A model generated the notes under the pieces. That model was given only the letters and a program-made list of their open reading frames with translations, had not been told where the DNA came from and ran no database searches. Positions 63,193 through 64,000 of a DNA stretch of 64,000 nt are shown piece by piece; position 1 is the first letter of the stretch; each line of letters opens with the position of its first letter. The translations under genes and the position numbers were made by a program. Origin of the DNA: Chrysomallon squamiferum (taxonomy: Eukaryota > Animalia > Mollusca); contig CM022675.1 of NCBI GenBank assembly GCA_012295275.1, forward strand, positions 3,100,001-3,164,000, read 5' to 3'.

Positions 63193-64000
63193 GTGCGTTA
63201 ACAATTTTAATAAGCAGTTTACGCATAGACGCCATTTTACACATTCAAAGCCAGTTTTAAAGTGTTCGTATTTGAATACTTTAAAAATATTTTACGTTTT
63301 GAATATTTTCACTTATAGTATATGAATCTTCTTAACAAATATTTACACTTCTACCTGCAGAAACTGACCTGATTAATTAAAAAAAAATACAAGGAAGGTC
63401 GTATTAAGCGCAGTGATTCGGAATTTATCAACTATCAGTTTGTTGCTGTTGGGGATGTTTGTTTATATGTTTTCTTGTGGATAAACTTTTTTATATTCAG
63501 AATTTTCTCTGTTAACTTAAAACTGGACAAGATGAACGGGTATCAGTATTAATGAAAAGCGAAAAGTGAAAACTTTAGAATAAAAACTGGAAACAAAGGC
63601 TTGAAAACTGTGATAAAAGATGAAAAATCTGGCGAACTTTCAGAATGAAAAACGCAATAAAAAGAAATATTTCGATTCAAGCATCACATTCAACTGATAT
63701 GTCAATGGAAATCGAAATGAAAAATGATCGAACTTAGCTATAATTATAATCCTGTTGCTCTTAGTACCCATACTATTAAAACTTTAACTTTAACCCTCAC
63801 CTCCATCCATTTAGAAAACAGACAGTGCAGTGGTAGGTAAAATATATTCTTAGGTAATTCTTAAACGCAGCGTGCAAGTTCGCTGAAATGTTAATAAAGC
63901 TTTCAAATGCTACTAAGACATACAAGAAGATAAAATCAAGTTTTATCCAAAAATATTTTTAGGCATAACAACTATTTAAAAATTTTAAATTTTTTCCCTC

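Overview
AT-rich eukaryotic (invertebrate, probably molluscan; inference) DNA with one 200-N gap. The window is a tandem and inverted cluster of at least six copies (here A-F) of one multi-exon gene family that the ORF track mostly misses. I reconstructed the exons by hand from GT/AG sites and intron phase. Each gene encodes a type-I membrane protein: signal peptide, a C-type-lectin-like domain (CTLD) with a 6-Cys WSC domain inserted in its middle, a second CTLD, a modular Ser/Thr-rich stalk, a TM helix and a tyrosine-motif tail. Layout: A(-, runs off the left edge), B(-)/C(+) head-to-head, D(-, cut by the gap), E(-)/F(+) head-to-head (F runs off the right edge). Copies swap ectodomains, stalks and two unrelated tail types, like a paired or diversifying immune-receptor locus. 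Also present: a hAT (Buster/Charlie) element nested in a Tc1 remnant, a full-length Tc1 DD34E element, a decayed Ginger2/KRBA2-like integrase element whose coding linker has expanded into an ~8 kb 21/28-bp satellite, 54-bp minisatellites and microsatellites. Domain and TE family names come from motif recognition only; no database search was run, so novelty is unverified.
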